From: Bdellovibrionota bacterium
GTDB taxonomy: Bacteria; Bdellovibrionota; UBA1018; UBA923
Reading direction: 5' to 3'
Assembly (NCBI GenBank): GCA_040754655.1
Contig: JBFMCE010000047.1
Coordinates: forward strand, 1-31,866
DNA length: 31,866 bases
Part shown: in pieces, positions 1 through 9,046 of the stretch
How positions within the stretch are numbered: position 1 is the stretch's first letter
Layout: every line of letters starts with the position of its first letter
Position numbers and translations under genes: made by a program
Notes under the pieces: model-generated
Told to the model about the DNA's origin: nothing
The model's database searches: none
The model's input: only the letters and a program-made list of their open reading frames with translations

Positions 1-19
1 GCATTTTATAAAACCTCTC
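1..19 (-). other. Probable start (RBS + ATG) of a CDS running off the left edge
   Basis: Minus strand reads GAGAGG-ttttataaa-ATG with the ATG at 4..2. It lies downstream of a ~500 bp non-coding stretch. The product cannot be seen. Confidence 0.4.
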
Positions 20-533
20 ATTTTGATTTCAGAGAGCTTTCATACCATAAGACTTCAAAAGCTAAGCCTAGCGGCATAGGACAAAACCAATAAAACACAC
101 TCTAAAAGAGCCTATACTCTCGCTAGAACCCACAAACTCAAACACATTCTTCTTTTTGAGTTCAGATAAAAAAAGTCTCAATACCGCAAAAACAAACCGC
201 ACCTAATTTCCGTCAATAAAAATAATAAGGATCGAATGAAAATTTATTTTCCGACAATCTCAACAAGAAATTATTAACGTCCAGTTCAATAGCGAAAACA
301 TTTTTCCTGCTCTTCCACCGCAAAGTTTTCCCACAACGTTACGAGATGCCGTAAGAAAAGTCAGATCGCCCCCTTGCCACGCCCAGCCCCCACCTGCCCC
401 CTCGACCCACGGCCTTGTCAGCGCGAAAGGGGGAGCCAAATCTCCCGAGCGCTGACGGGCTCGCGAAGGTGTAGCAGAGACACCACACGTCTCTAAAACT
501 GTGAAAAACTTTAATAAGCTGGCAGAGGAATCT

Positions 534-1769
534 TCAACCAGCCTGTTGCCATTTTGGATAACGGAGCAAAAGGAGCAAGCCCGGGGCCGCTGCGACGGTA
601 CAAAACACGAAAAATCCGACCCATCCGAGTGACTCTACGAGAAATCCGGAAGCGGCTCCAAAAATGCTTGTTGGCACGGCCATGAGACTTGTGAGCAACG
701 CATATTGAGTCGCCGTAAAACTCTTGTTGCAAATGCTCATCATAAAAGTCGCGTAAGCAGCCGTACCCATCCCAATCGCAACATTATCTACGGTGATGAT
801 GGCCGCTAGAGCTAAAACATTAGGGCCGGTGAAAACCAGGATGATGAAAAAAAGCGTTGCTAGGCCTTGAAATGCCCCAAAGATCCAAAGAGCCCGCAAT
901 GTACCCAACCGAACCATCAAAGCGCCACCCACTAGGCCGCCAGCCAATATTCCAAAAAATCCTGCTGGCTTTGCGACAGCACCAATGGCTTTCTGCTCAA
1001 ACCCGATCTTCAGGAAGAAAGGGATCGTCATCACACTCGCAATATTTTCGCCTACTTTATAAAGCATTATGAAGAAAAGAACTTCGATGGCTCCTCGACG
1101 GCGGAAATAATCGACCAACGGATTATAAACAGACTCAAGCAAAGATTGCGGCGGTTTTGCATTCAATATCTCAGGCTCCTTGGAAAAAAAGGAGGCAAGA
1201 ACGCCAAGCATCTGCATAAGAGCCATTAGACGAAAAACATTTGGCCATCCCAAGTAGTCCGCAAAGAAAAGAGCGAGTGCATTGCCTATCCATCGGATGC
1301 TCATGAGATAACCCGCGATATGCACGCTATTGGCAAGGCCGAGCTCTTTTTCAGTCCACGCTTCGGCGCGATAAGCATCGACGACGATATCTTGGCTTGC
1401 GCCAAAAAAACTAATGAGTGCTGCCAGCAGCGCAACCCAAGTAAGGCTTTGGGAGGGTTCGATCGTGCTCAAGACAATAAAAGTCAAGGCGAGCAAGATC
1501 TGAAATATCAACGCCCAACCCCTGCGTCGGCCCAGAAAAGGAGGAACATATCGATCAACGACAGGAGCCCACAGAAACTTGAAAGTGTACGGAAGCCCCA
1601 CTAACGCGAATAGACCGATGGTTTTCAAATCCACATTTTCCGTGGTCATCCACGCAGATAATGGAGTCTTCGTAGAGATATAAGGCAACCCGCAAGACAT
1701 CCCGAAAAACAGCATCCAAAACATCTGAGGATCCTTAAGAGCAACCCCAAGCGCTTTCAAAGTTTTCAT
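534..1769 (-). CDS. ampG: AmpG-family muropeptide MFS permease
   Basis: Family motifs GLPY, IGLFALVGLPYTFKFLWAPVVDRYVPPFLGRRRGW, ASQDIVVDAYR and FTATQYALLTSL, with about 12 hydrophobic segments. Start placed at ATG 1769 because the ORF-track ATG at 1781 overlaps a TAGAAT -10-like box. Confidence 0.93.
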   Translation of the reverse strand: MKTLKALGVALKDPQMFWMLFFGMSCGLPYISTKTPLSAWMTTENVDLKTIGLFALVGLPYTFKFLWAPVVDRYVPPFLGRRRGWALIFQILLALTFIVLSTIEPSQSLTWVALLAALISFFGASQDIVVDAYRAEAWTEKELGLANSVHIAGYLMSIRWIGNALALFFADYLGWPNVFRLMALMQMLGVLASFFSKEPEILNAKPPQSLLESVYNPLVDYFRRRGAIEVLFFIMLYKVGENIASVMTIPFFLKIGFEQKAIGAVAKPAGFFGILAGGLVGGALMVRLGTLRALWIFGAFQGLATLFFIILVFTGPNVLALAAIITVDNVAIGMGTAAYATFMMSICNKSFTATQYALLTSLMAVPTSIFGAASGFLVESLGWVGFFVFCTVAAAPGLLLLLRYPKWQQAG

Positions 1770-1827
1770 CGTAACTCTCATTCTAGCCTGACAGAGCTAC
1801 GGCGACAGGAAAATTGTCTTTAGGATC

Positions 1828-2598
1828 TCAAAACCCCTGTACCAGCCACTTTCGCTCGACAGCGATTTCCTTCAGGCGCTGCTCGGACGCAAAATTCACT
1901 TCATGCTCAGACTCGGAATTCACAGCCAGAACAAGCTCGGTCGCAGTAAATAGAAGCTCTTTATCCCAATAGGTGTTACCCGCCGCAAACAAAGGCCGCG
2001 TTCCGATCACCTCGTCGACCAACAAAGCCTTCCCATCGCGATAGGGGATTCGTCTCGCGATTTTATCCGTCAATCGACCATTTTCAACTGTCACAGCACT
2101 GCCAATCACTCGTTCCGCGCTGACTCCAAACGCCGCCTCGGCACCTGCTGCGACAACCCACTCTGTCGAACCGCTCACCACCCAGATCTCGAAACCCGCG
2201 GTAGCCAATGCGTTGACCAAAGAACCGACCGGGCCAAAAACGTTCTTCGCCCACTGTTCGCGAAAAAACCGGGTAGCCCAATTCTTGAAATCCGCTTCAA
2301 GCACGCCGGCGTTCCACTGTGCAAGCCAGCCAAAAGCCTTGGCGCAGTCTCCCTCTTGTGTTTCTTTGAAATAGTAATCCCAGGCATCTTTCTTCGGGGC
2401 ATGAGGGACGGTGCCCTGTTCAAGCTGCCAACGAAAAAAAGCCTCGCCGATATCGCCGCGCCAAAGCGTTCCATCGGCATCAAAAGCAGCTATCTTGCGA
2501 CGGTCTTTCATCGCTGAATGCCGTTCGATGAAATCGATCAATGTCTTGCGAACATCCGGATCAAATCCCTGAAGTTTTGCGCTCACAAACCAGGTCAC
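1828..2598 (-). CDS. HAD-superfamily hydrolase (HAD-IB / phosphoserine phosphatase-like)
   Basis: Motif I AAFDADGTLW, motif II VVSGS, motif III K (GKA), motif IV AGNTYWD. GTG start overlaps the upstream TGA (GTGA, 2598..2595). Confidence 0.85.
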   Translation of the reverse strand: MTWFVSAKLQGFDPDVRKTLIDFIERHSAMKDRRKIAAFDADGTLWRGDIGEAFFRWQLEQGTVPHAPKKDAWDYYFKETQEGDCAKAFGWLAQWNAGVLEADFKNWATRFFREQWAKNVFGPVGSLVNALATAGFEIWVVSGSTEWVVAAGAEAAFGVSAERVIGSAVTVENGRLTDKIARRIPYRDGKALLVDEVIGTRPLFAAGNTYWDKELLFTATELVLAVNSESEHEVNFASEQRLKEIAVERKWLVQGF

Positions 2599-3317
2599 CT
2601 TTCGTCGCTATTGTGATGAGGAAACGGGCATAGGCCTGACTTCGCGCCAATCGGAATGCCGCGCCTTCGACTGATCTCATTGCGCACCTCCCAAAGCTCG
2701 GGGAAAAACTGGTTCTGAAGCCCGTACGTAAGGTACTTCTCAGCATGCACCCCCTTGAGAGATGGCACGTCACCGCCGATGATGCGTTTCACGAGTTGCA
2801 AATGAAGGTATCTGAAGTTCAGAAATTGCTCGTCGATCGAAAAAAAATCTTCGGCAAGGATGAACAGGTCAGGATATCGCTCAGGATTCTCGTGAAGCTC
2901 CGCCACGGCGACGCCGCGTTTTTTCAGCAAGCCTTCAAACTCTGGCCAAAGCTTGGGCGCTTCTTCAAGAATCTGATTGAACCCTGGGCTTTCTTGCCCG
3001 CTGCCTTTGCCAAGTTGGGTGCGTACCTTATGATACTCACTTGGTGACATTGTATTGAGCAGCCGCAACTGCTGGCCAAGCAGGTGAAGAATCCAGTGCC
3101 CGCGTTCGAACAAGACGTGGGCTTCGATCAGCCGTTCTTCTTTGAGAAGCTTCTTCACATGAAAAACCTCGTGCAGAAAAAGCTTCATCCAAAGCTCAGC
3201 CACCTGGTGCACGACCTGGAACTGCAGTTCGTCGTGACAAACCAGGTCGTCGGCTGGTTTTTGCAAAGAGAGCAAGGTCTCGGTATTGAGATAACGTTCG
3301 TAATCAGTTTTTGCCAT
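2595..3317 (-). CDS. kynA: Tryptophan 2,3-dioxygenase family protein
   Basis: YERYL..LLSLQ, HDELQFQVVHQVAELWMKL, TMSPSEY..VR..LGKGSGQESPGF, proximal His in RYLHLQLVKRIIG, and FFPELWEVR. Confidence 0.9.
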   Translation of the reverse strand: MAKTDYERYLNTETLLSLQKPADDLVCHDELQFQVVHQVAELWMKLFLHEVFHVKKLLKEERLIEAHVLFERGHWILHLLGQQLRLLNTMSPSEYHKVRTQLGKGSGQESPGFNQILEEAPKLWPEFEGLLKKRGVAVAELHENPERYPDLFILAEDFFSIDEQFLNFRYLHLQLVKRIIGGDVPSLKGVHAEKYLTYGLQNQFFPELWEVRNEISRRRGIPIGAKSGLCPFPHHNSDER

Positions 3318-3350
3318 GCCTAGACTTGTACACTTGTCGACGCGAACTTG

Positions 3351-3755
3351 CTAGGGCCCGGTTATCGGTGGCTTCAAACCGACCAACCTAATGAAATGGC
3401 CTGAACACCACCTTAAGAAGTCAGAGTCTTGCTCAGGCAAAGCCTCACCAGCGAATTCAAGTTCACCATTCCAGTTGTAGACTTCAATTTCGCGGCAACG
3501 CTCAACAAGAAAGGGGTGTTTGTATTTGGATTTCGGGTAATTCACCGGAACGATGACCAAACGGTCTCGCATTGATTCAAGCTCAGGTTCGCTCGTCAGA
3601 ATACCCACGTAGTCTTTGCACTTTGCCAGGGCAAGGATGGTTCGCACCCTTTGCTTCGCTTTTTCAATGCCCCAGTGTTGAGCCTTCTGGACTTCCCAAA
3701 TAAGAGGGCTGATTCTCGCTGCGGCCAAATGCCATTGGTCGGTCGTGGTTGCCAT
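3351..3755 (-). CDS. Hypothetical protein (134 aa)
   Basis: ATG ORF that fits the co-directional gene string with 15 and 33 bp gaps. No family recognised. Confidence 0.7.
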   Translation of the reverse strand: MATTTDQWHLAAARISPLIWEVQKAQHWGIEKAKQRVRTILALAKCKDYVGILTSEPELESMRDRLVIVPVNYPKSKYKHPFLVERCREIEVYNWNGELEFAGEALPEQDSDFLRWCSGHFIRLVGLKPPITGP

Positions 3756-3770
3756 GAATTCTTTCTTTTT

Positions 3771-4235
3771 TCACACGCGGCTTAAGACTACCGAGGTCAA
3801 GGGTTGAAGCACCATGCCTGGCAACCCCTGCTCATAATTGTATTCCAGCGTGTTCGAATTTAAACGCCGCAGCGTCACACGCATTCGAACCCGATTCGCA
3901 TCGGTCAAGTCTTTGGACGCAAACTGCCAAAGTGTTTGCCCATCGGCATATTCACCCTCGGGCGCCGTCACATGCTCAAGAACAGCCACCCTATTGCTCG
4001 TATTGAAATTAAACATTTGGAGTTGCTTGCCCTCGGAGGCGGCAGAAACGATCGTCTGTTCCTCGTGCACGATATCGCCTGACGCATCGTGTGCAATAAG
4101 GTGGATTTGAAAAGCCTGGCCCCCCAAGATAGCCTCGCCGATAAGACGCGCCTGAATAGCCTGTCTCTCGTTATGGATCCCATCGCCTTTGAAAACCCCA
4201 GTGACTTCTTCGAATTTTTCTCGAACTAAAGACAT
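3771..4235 (-). CDS. Hypothetical protein, probable beta-barrel fold (DUF1579/nitrobindin-like pattern)
   Basis: AAGGGGG RBS. N-terminal G-x-F-x-G-x-G, alternating beta-strand pattern and C-terminal 'VVLSRV'. The fold is inferred. Confidence 0.65.
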   Translation of the reverse strand: MSLVREKFEEVTGVFKGDGIHNERQAIQARLIGEAILGGQAFQIHLIAHDASGDIVHEEQTIVSAASEGKQLQMFNFNTSNRVAVLEHVTAPEGEYADGQTLWQFASKDLTDANRVRMRVTLRRLNSNTLEYNYEQGLPGMVLQPLTSVVLSRV

Positions 4236-4257
4236 GCCTCTTCCCCCTTTTGATCGG

Positions 4258-4839
4258 CTACCCCTTCTTTACCCCCACGAGCGAAGCCAGATTTTTTTGC
4301 GATTCTTCTTGAATCTGCGAATGCAAGCTTTGCCCGTGCGCATCGATCGTTACCACAACTGGGAAATCTTTCACAGAAAGCTCCCAAATTGCCTCAGGGC
4401 TGCCAAACTTTTCCAACATGTAAACCCCATCCACGCTTTCAATGACTTCAGCCAAGACTTGAGCAGCCCCTCCGACGGCATGCAAATAGACGCAGCCGTA
4501 TTCTTGACAGGCCTTTCGAGTCTTTTCTCCCATGCCACCCTTACCGATGACGGCCCTCAAGCCGAACTTTTTGATGATATCAGCTTGATAAGGCTCTTCT
4601 CTGCTTGAAGTGGTGGGGCCCGCCGCCGTGATCTTCCATTTTGATCCCTTTTTCACAACCACGGGACCGCAGTGGTAAATGATCTGATCTTGCAACGAGA
4701 TGGGGATCGTTCCGCCCTCGTGCAGGTACTTGTGAACCGCATCGCGACCCGTGAAAAGCTTTCCGGTGATTTCAACCATGTCACCCACGCGAAGCTTTCG
4801 AACCTTGTCCTCAGTAAACGGAGCCGTTAGTTTCAACAT
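4258..4839 (-). CDS. Fe-S fumarate hydratase class I, beta subunit (FumA C-terminal / TtdB family)
   Basis: LRVGD.V.ITG.LFTGRDAVHK, IIYHCGPVV, AAGPTTSSRE, IGKGGM, GSPEAIW and IDAHGQSLH. Confidence 0.93.
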   Translation of the reverse strand: MLKLTAPFTEDKVRKLRVGDMVEITGKLFTGRDAVHKYLHEGGTIPISLQDQIIYHCGPVVVKKGSKWKITAAGPTTSSREEPYQADIIKKFGLRAVIGKGGMGEKTRKACQEYGCVYLHAVGGAAQVLAEVIESVDGVYMLEKFGSPEAIWELSVKDFPVVVTIDAHGQSLHSQIQEESQKNLASLVGVKKG

Positions 4840-4843
4840 AGAT

Positions 4844-5743
4844 TTAGTAGATCCATTTCTTTATTTCAGCTTTTGAACTTAAGACAGCGCCCTGCCTACG
4901 ATAAGCCCAGCACATGTAAGAGACGCTGACAAAGAAACTCGCTGGCAATCGATTGAGCGCAGTGATTTTACAACCCAGCAAGGTGGTTTTGCCGCCAAAC
5001 CCCATGGGTCCGATTCCAAGCGTGTTAGCCTCTTGAACAATCTGTTTTTCAAGATCAGCGAGCCTAGGATCTTTGTTTTTGTCTTCCATCCGACGCAAGA
5101 ACTGTTCTTTCGAAGCAAGGTAACCTGTAGCCCTGTCTCCGCCGATGGTCACACCTAAAATTCCCGGACCGCACCCTTTGCCTTGAGCTTGAACCACTGC
5201 ATCGAGCACGCACTTGCGTACACCCTCGATATCGCGACCCGCGCCCACGCGTGCATCCGGAAGAGAATACTGCGCACCCACGTTTTCGCACCCGCCTCCC
5301 TTTAAGATCAGCCGCACGTCAAAAGTTTCTTTATTCCAGGGATGAAAATGAAACGTCGGCGTTCCGGGGCCGACGTTATTGCCCGAATTCTTGCCTGTCA
5401 GCGAATCCACCGAATTCTGCCGCAAAAAGCCCTTCTTGGTCGCCTCCTTCACGGCAGACACCGCTGTTTTTTCGATGACCGTCTGGTCAAGTCCCGAAGG
5501 ATAATGGATGAAAAAAAGAATGCTGCCCGTGTCTTGGCATAGGGGTTGGCTTTTCACTTCAGCCAACTGAATGTTTTTTTGGATGATGTCCATCGCATAA
5601 CGCCCACGCGACTGCTCTTCTTCGTTCTTGGAATTTTCTCGCAACGCTTTCACAACGTCTTGCGGCAGTTCGGTCGATGTTTTGCGGACAATTTCCACCA
5701 ATGATTCCCGGAGTTTTACCTCAAATCCTTTTTTTGTTGCCAT
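4844..5743 (-). CDS. Fe-S fumarate hydratase class I, alpha subunit (FumA N-terminal / TtdA family)
   Basis: PLCQDTG, KGGGCEN, GKGCGPG, GIGPMGFGG, RLPAS and CWAYRR, giving three Cys ligands. Start moved to ATG 5743 (MATKK) to avoid overlap with the divergent gene. Confidence 0.93.
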   Translation of the reverse strand: MATKKGFEVKLRESLVEIVRKTSTELPQDVVKALRENSKNEEEQSRGRYAMDIIQKNIQLAEVKSQPLCQDTGSILFFIHYPSGLDQTVIEKTAVSAVKEATKKGFLRQNSVDSLTGKNSGNNVGPGTPTFHFHPWNKETFDVRLILKGGGCENVGAQYSLPDARVGAGRDIEGVRKCVLDAVVQAQGKGCGPGILGVTIGGDRATGYLASKEQFLRRMEDKNKDPRLADLEKQIVQEANTLGIGPMGFGGKTTLLGCKITALNRLPASFFVSVSYMCWAYRRQGAVLSSKAEIKKWIY

Positions 5744-5771
5744 AGTGTTCCAAGATATACCCCAATTCCGT

Positions 5772-5800
5772 GGTAAAATGAAGGCGAGTGGACGAGGAGG
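5772..5800 (+). promoter_or_regulatory. -10 box (TAAAAT, preceded by TGG) and GGAGG RBS of the DUF1285-like gene
   Basis: tggTAAAATg at 5771-5780, GAGGAGG at 5794-5800, ATG at 5805. Confidence 0.55.
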
Positions 5801-5804
5801 TCTT

Positions 5805-6284
5805 ATGGCATTTTTCGTCAAAGGCGAAAAAATAGTATTGAAAAAAGATGCGACCTGGGAAGCGGATGGCGTAGAAATCACCCATGATCAAACGCGAGAG
5901 CTTTTCTTTCGGTCGGTGCATTGGGACGAAAACGAGAAGAAATATTTTCTCGAGGTGGGCTATGAACACATGTTCATCGAGGTCGAAGACACCGCGGTTT
6001 TCGTGACCGCCCTTGAACAAGCTGATTCACAAGGGCTGCGCGCGAAGCTTTCGAACGCGGCCGACGCCCCGATCAAAGCCGATCAACTTCAGTACCGAGA
6101 CGGAAACCTCTATCTCAGTTTAAGCGATGGCCAAAAGGCAAAGTTTCTTTCCGCTCCTTATTACGACCTTCTCAAACGACTCCAAGAAGATGAGCGGTAT
6201 TACTTTCTGACGATCGGTGGAAACCGAGCAAACCTCTCGTCGAAAGAACAAGGAAGACCAGGCGCTAAAAAACAATCCGGCTAA
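5805..6284 (+). CDS. DUF1285-like hypothetical protein
   Basis: Strong RBS. The pattern W..DG.EITH....LF.RS...Y.L..G.E...IEVEDT..FV resembles DUF1285 proteins from memory. Confidence 0.7.
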   Translation: MAFFVKGEKIVLKKDATWEADGVEITHDQTRELFFRSVHWDENEKKYFLEVGYEHMFIEVEDTAVFVTALEQADSQGLRAKLSNAADAPIKADQLQYRDGNLYLSLSDGQKAKFLSAPYYDLLKRLQEDERYYFLTIGGNRANLSSKEQGRPGAKKQSG

Positions 6285-6409
6285 ATCCGCACGTATTTTT
6301 AGCGCCTTAGCGTAAGCACCGTTCCTCGGTAGCATTTTTTGTTTTCGTTGTTATTGGATTGCAGCTAGGCCGCTATGGATATACGAACTAACTAAACTTC
6401 GGACACGAC

Positions 6410-7441
6410 TTACCCGTGGCCACCCTTTAAAAAAGGCTCTTTCAAAAAACTGGTTTGTTTTGCAATGCCAGGTCGATCAAAAAATTGACGACCAAGCTCA
6501 ATGACGGCCTCAGTGCCTCTCTCGGTCGCTGGCTGTTCATAAAGCAACTTCCTGAAATTCGAGGCCCCTTCAATGCCGGCAGAGTACCAGGTAAGGAATT
6601 TTCTCAATTGAACGCCGACATAGAAGTCTGAGAAGCACTGTTTTAAAAGTTCAACATGCCTGGAGATGAGCTTCCAGTAAGTCCAATCCTCGACCCGGCC
6701 ACGCCCAGCGCCCGTAAGTTCGCTGATCTGAAGAAATAAAAACGGATCCCGCAAAGCCCCGCGCCCAATCATCACTGCATCACACCCGCTTTCGCGCAGG
6801 CGTTGCACGGCGTGCTCGGCAGTCAGAATGTCGCCATTGCCGATGATCGGGAGAGGTGATTTTTCTTTCACTCGCGCGATGAGGTCCCAATCGGCCGATC
6901 CTTCATAACCTTGAGCCCGCGTGCGACCATGAATCGCAACCCAAGTCACTTTTGCTTCAGCCGCGGCATGAACGCATTCAGAAGCATTGATGCTGCAAGC
7001 GTCCCAACCGGTGCGAATCTTAATAGTAAGGGGAATTTGGATCGAAGCCCGAACTTGAGCAAGCGTCTTATAAAGAACCATCGGATCTTTCAGCATCGCC
7101 GCGCCGGCGCCCTTGCCCACGACCTTTGGCACCGGACATCCAAGATTGATGTCGACGAAGTCGACTCCCCTGGTCTCAAGTTGTCGAGCCGCCTGCGAAA
7201 GGTGGTCTGCATCTTCGCCAAAAATCTGCAATCCCACTGGGCGCTCTTCCTCAAAGTACTGGCAAAGCTCTAAGGTTTTTCTTCCGCCGTACTGAAGGCC
7301 TGTGGCTGAAATGAGCTCGCTCACCGCAAGGCCCGCTCCCACCTCGCGCATGAGCCTGCGAAACGGGGCATTCGTGATTCCCGCCATGGGAGCCAGAATG
7401 TAAGGAAAATCAATGTTGTGGGGTCCTAACTTAAGGGGCAT
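6410..7441 (-). CDS. dusB: tRNA-dihydrouridine synthase DusB
   Basis: LAPMAGIT, GLQIFG, DINLGCPVPKV, PLTIKIRTGWD, IHGRTRAQGY, IGNGDI and DAVMIGRGA. Confidence 0.95.
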   Translation of the reverse strand: MPLKLGPHNIDFPYILAPMAGITNAPFRRLMREVGAGLAVSELISATGLQYGGRKTLELCQYFEEERPVGLQIFGEDADHLSQAARQLETRGVDFVDINLGCPVPKVVGKGAGAAMLKDPMVLYKTLAQVRASIQIPLTIKIRTGWDACSINASECVHAAAEAKVTWVAIHGRTRAQGYEGSADWDLIARVKEKSPLPIIGNGDILTAEHAVQRLRESGCDAVMIGRGALRDPFLFLQISELTGAGRGRVEDWTYWKLISRHVELLKQCFSDFYVGVQLRKFLTWYSAGIEGASNFRKLLYEQPATERGTEAVIELGRQFFDRPGIAKQTSFLKEPFLKGGHG

Positions 7442-7661
7442 AGAGCGCCCAGTTTTAATTCATTTGATCGAAATACTCAAATTAAATTGATTGATACCTT
7501 GAATGGCTGCCTGCCGATTGAACTCTCAAAAACCCCGTGGGCATGCAACCACCTCTTTTGTCTTTTTTCGTTAGATTCTTTGACCTTGAATATGGTAGCG
7601 CAGTGGATCATTTCACCGGTGCGGTATAGAAGGTTTTTTAGAAATTGGGGTATGTTTGAGA

Positions 7662-8327
7662 ATGAGTTCTTATTGGCATTCTTTTAAGAATGCTCTTCTT
7701 CTTTTTTCATTTTTGCTTTTCCAAAACACTGGCAGCGCTCAAGAAGAGGGTTCCGCCGGGCCGCGAAACCGTCTTTACAAGCCTGAACTTGCGACTCCGA
7801 TAGCGGCCTCTGAGCTGACTCAGGTTGAGGAAGGCATAAGTTTCGTCGTTCGGGCTTACCGCCAGGCCAAACCCATTGATTGCAACCACTTCGTCGGAGC
7901 CTTCGCGCTTGAACACCTCAAACTTCCGCAATACGACTGCGTGGCTAGAGATCTCTTCAACAACGTGCTTGACGTTCTCTTCGTTGAAGAAAGTGGAGAG
8001 CGAAAAAACCTCAGATTTATTCGAGAGCATTTGAGCGTTAAAACCATCGTTCTCGAACTCTACGATGATTCCTCAAACCATTGCACGCGTGGCAAGCCTC
8101 TTCGGAATAGCGAGTCAGGAAAATTTCGACTCACCCAAGAAGGTCTTAAGATCTCGGCAAAGTACAGCGAGGTATCGAAGGTTTTTCACCGAACAGAAGA
8201 TGCGACTGAAAAGCCATCATGCTTTGTCGCCGAGTCTAGAGCGCTCAAAGCTCAGCTGAAGCAGTGGCGCGAAAATGGCGCTCCCCAGGTGTTGCTTCCT
8301 TTAGATCGGCTGAAGCTGAAGGAGTGA
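7662..8327 (+). CDS. Hypothetical exported protein
   Basis: Signal-peptide-like N-terminus (KNALLLFSFLLFQNTGSA|QEE) and four Cys. No family recognised. Start at ATG 7662 or TTG 7656. Confidence 0.7.
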   Translation: MSSYWHSFKNALLLFSFLLFQNTGSAQEEGSAGPRNRLYKPELATPIAASELTQVEEGISFVVRAYRQAKPIDCNHFVGAFALEHLKLPQYDCVARDLFNNVLDVLFVEESGERKNLRFIREHLSVKTIVLELYDDSSNHCTRGKPLRNSESGKFRLTQEGLKISAKYSEVSKVFHRTEDATEKPSCFVAESRALKAQLKQWRENGAPQVLLPLDRLKLKE

Positions 8328-8459
8328 GCGAGCAAGCAAGAAGCTCTATAGCCGCAGGTGCGGTATTCGATATCCGGCAGCTTGGCCGGCGGAGCCACGG
8401 AAGATGCAGGGAAACCTTCGCACAATAACAACACAATTGCCTATGAGAAACACCGCAAA

Positions 8460-8945
8460 TTAAAGCATGTGTTTTGCGCGCAAGTCTTTCAATACTTCGA
8501 TCAGCTCATCTGCCTTACGACGTGTCAACGCGGTGGGCTCGACATAACGATACAAGAGGCGCCCGTTTTTTCCGACGATGAATACGGCGCGGCTCACTCC
8601 ACCCAACATCAAAAGCGAATTGCAACCGTAAGCCTTGGCTACTTCTTTCTTGGGATCACTGAGCAATCGGAAAGAGAAATCATACTCTTTCGCAAACTCA
8701 GCATGTGACTCAGACGGATTGCCGCTGATACCCACGATCTGGATACCAAATTGATTGAATGCTTCGAGGTTATCGCGGTAGTTGCACAGCTGTTTGGTGC
8801 ACACCATCGTGAAGTCACCTGGGTAAAACACCAATAAAGCAGGCCCGCCTCGCAGAATGTCCGCAAGTTGAACCTGTTGCCCGTTTTGGTCTTTCAAACT
8901 GAACTCAGGCACCTGTGTGCCGATCGCAATCCCTTGAACAGCCAT
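8460..8945 (-). CDS. bcp: Peroxiredoxin, BCP/PrxQ subfamily
   Basis: FYPGDFTMVCTKQLC (PxxxTxxC plus CxxxxC resolving Cys), VGIS, LLSDP, and the conserved Arg in VSRAVFIV. Confidence 0.88.
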   Translation of the reverse strand: MAVQGIAIGTQVPEFSLKDQNGQQVQLADILRGGPALLVFYPGDFTMVCTKQLCNYRDNLEAFNQFGIQIVGISGNPSESHAEFAKEYDFSFRLLSDPKKEVAKAYGCNSLLMLGGVSRAVFIVGKNGRLLYRYVEPTALTRRKADELIEVLKDLRAKHML

Positions 8946-9046
8946 CTGAAACCCATCCTAGCGGCGTTTTGCACCGCCCATAAATTGCATCTCTCTGACG
9001 AGAACCCCGACTTCAGAACGGCTTACGCCGTCCCAGTCGCGTAAAT

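Noticed and set aside
325..334. DnaA-box-like TTTCCCACA in the AT-rich left intergenic region
   Set aside because: A single imperfect match with no box cluster, which is insufficient to call an origin.
350..373. GGGGGCGATCTG on the minus strand resembling a tmRNA 5' end
   Set aside because: It lacks the following TTCGAC motif and any tRNA-like 3' end.
391..471. HDV-like ribozyme reading (CACCT/AGGTG, CCCTCG loop, GCGAA)
   Set aside because: P3 closure, P1 and P1.1 cannot be placed in the required order. Kept only as a generic structured element.
489..499. GTTTTAGAG resembling a type II-A CRISPR repeat start (minus strand here, also at 18869 on the plus strand)
   Set aside because: Isolated 9-mers with no regularly spaced array and no cas genes.
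5628..5881. Overlapping N-terminal extensions of the fumarase alpha and DUF1285-like ORFs
   Set aside because: ORF-caller artefact. Better starts at 5743 (-) and 5805 (+, GGAGG RBS) remove the overlap.
8995..9032. Hammerhead-ribozyme-like string CTGACGA-GAA..TTC-AGAA-CGGC-ttac-GCCG-TC
   Set aside because: The core reads AGAA instead of GAAA and no stem I can form. At most a degenerate remnant or a simple hairpin (ACGGC/GCCGT).
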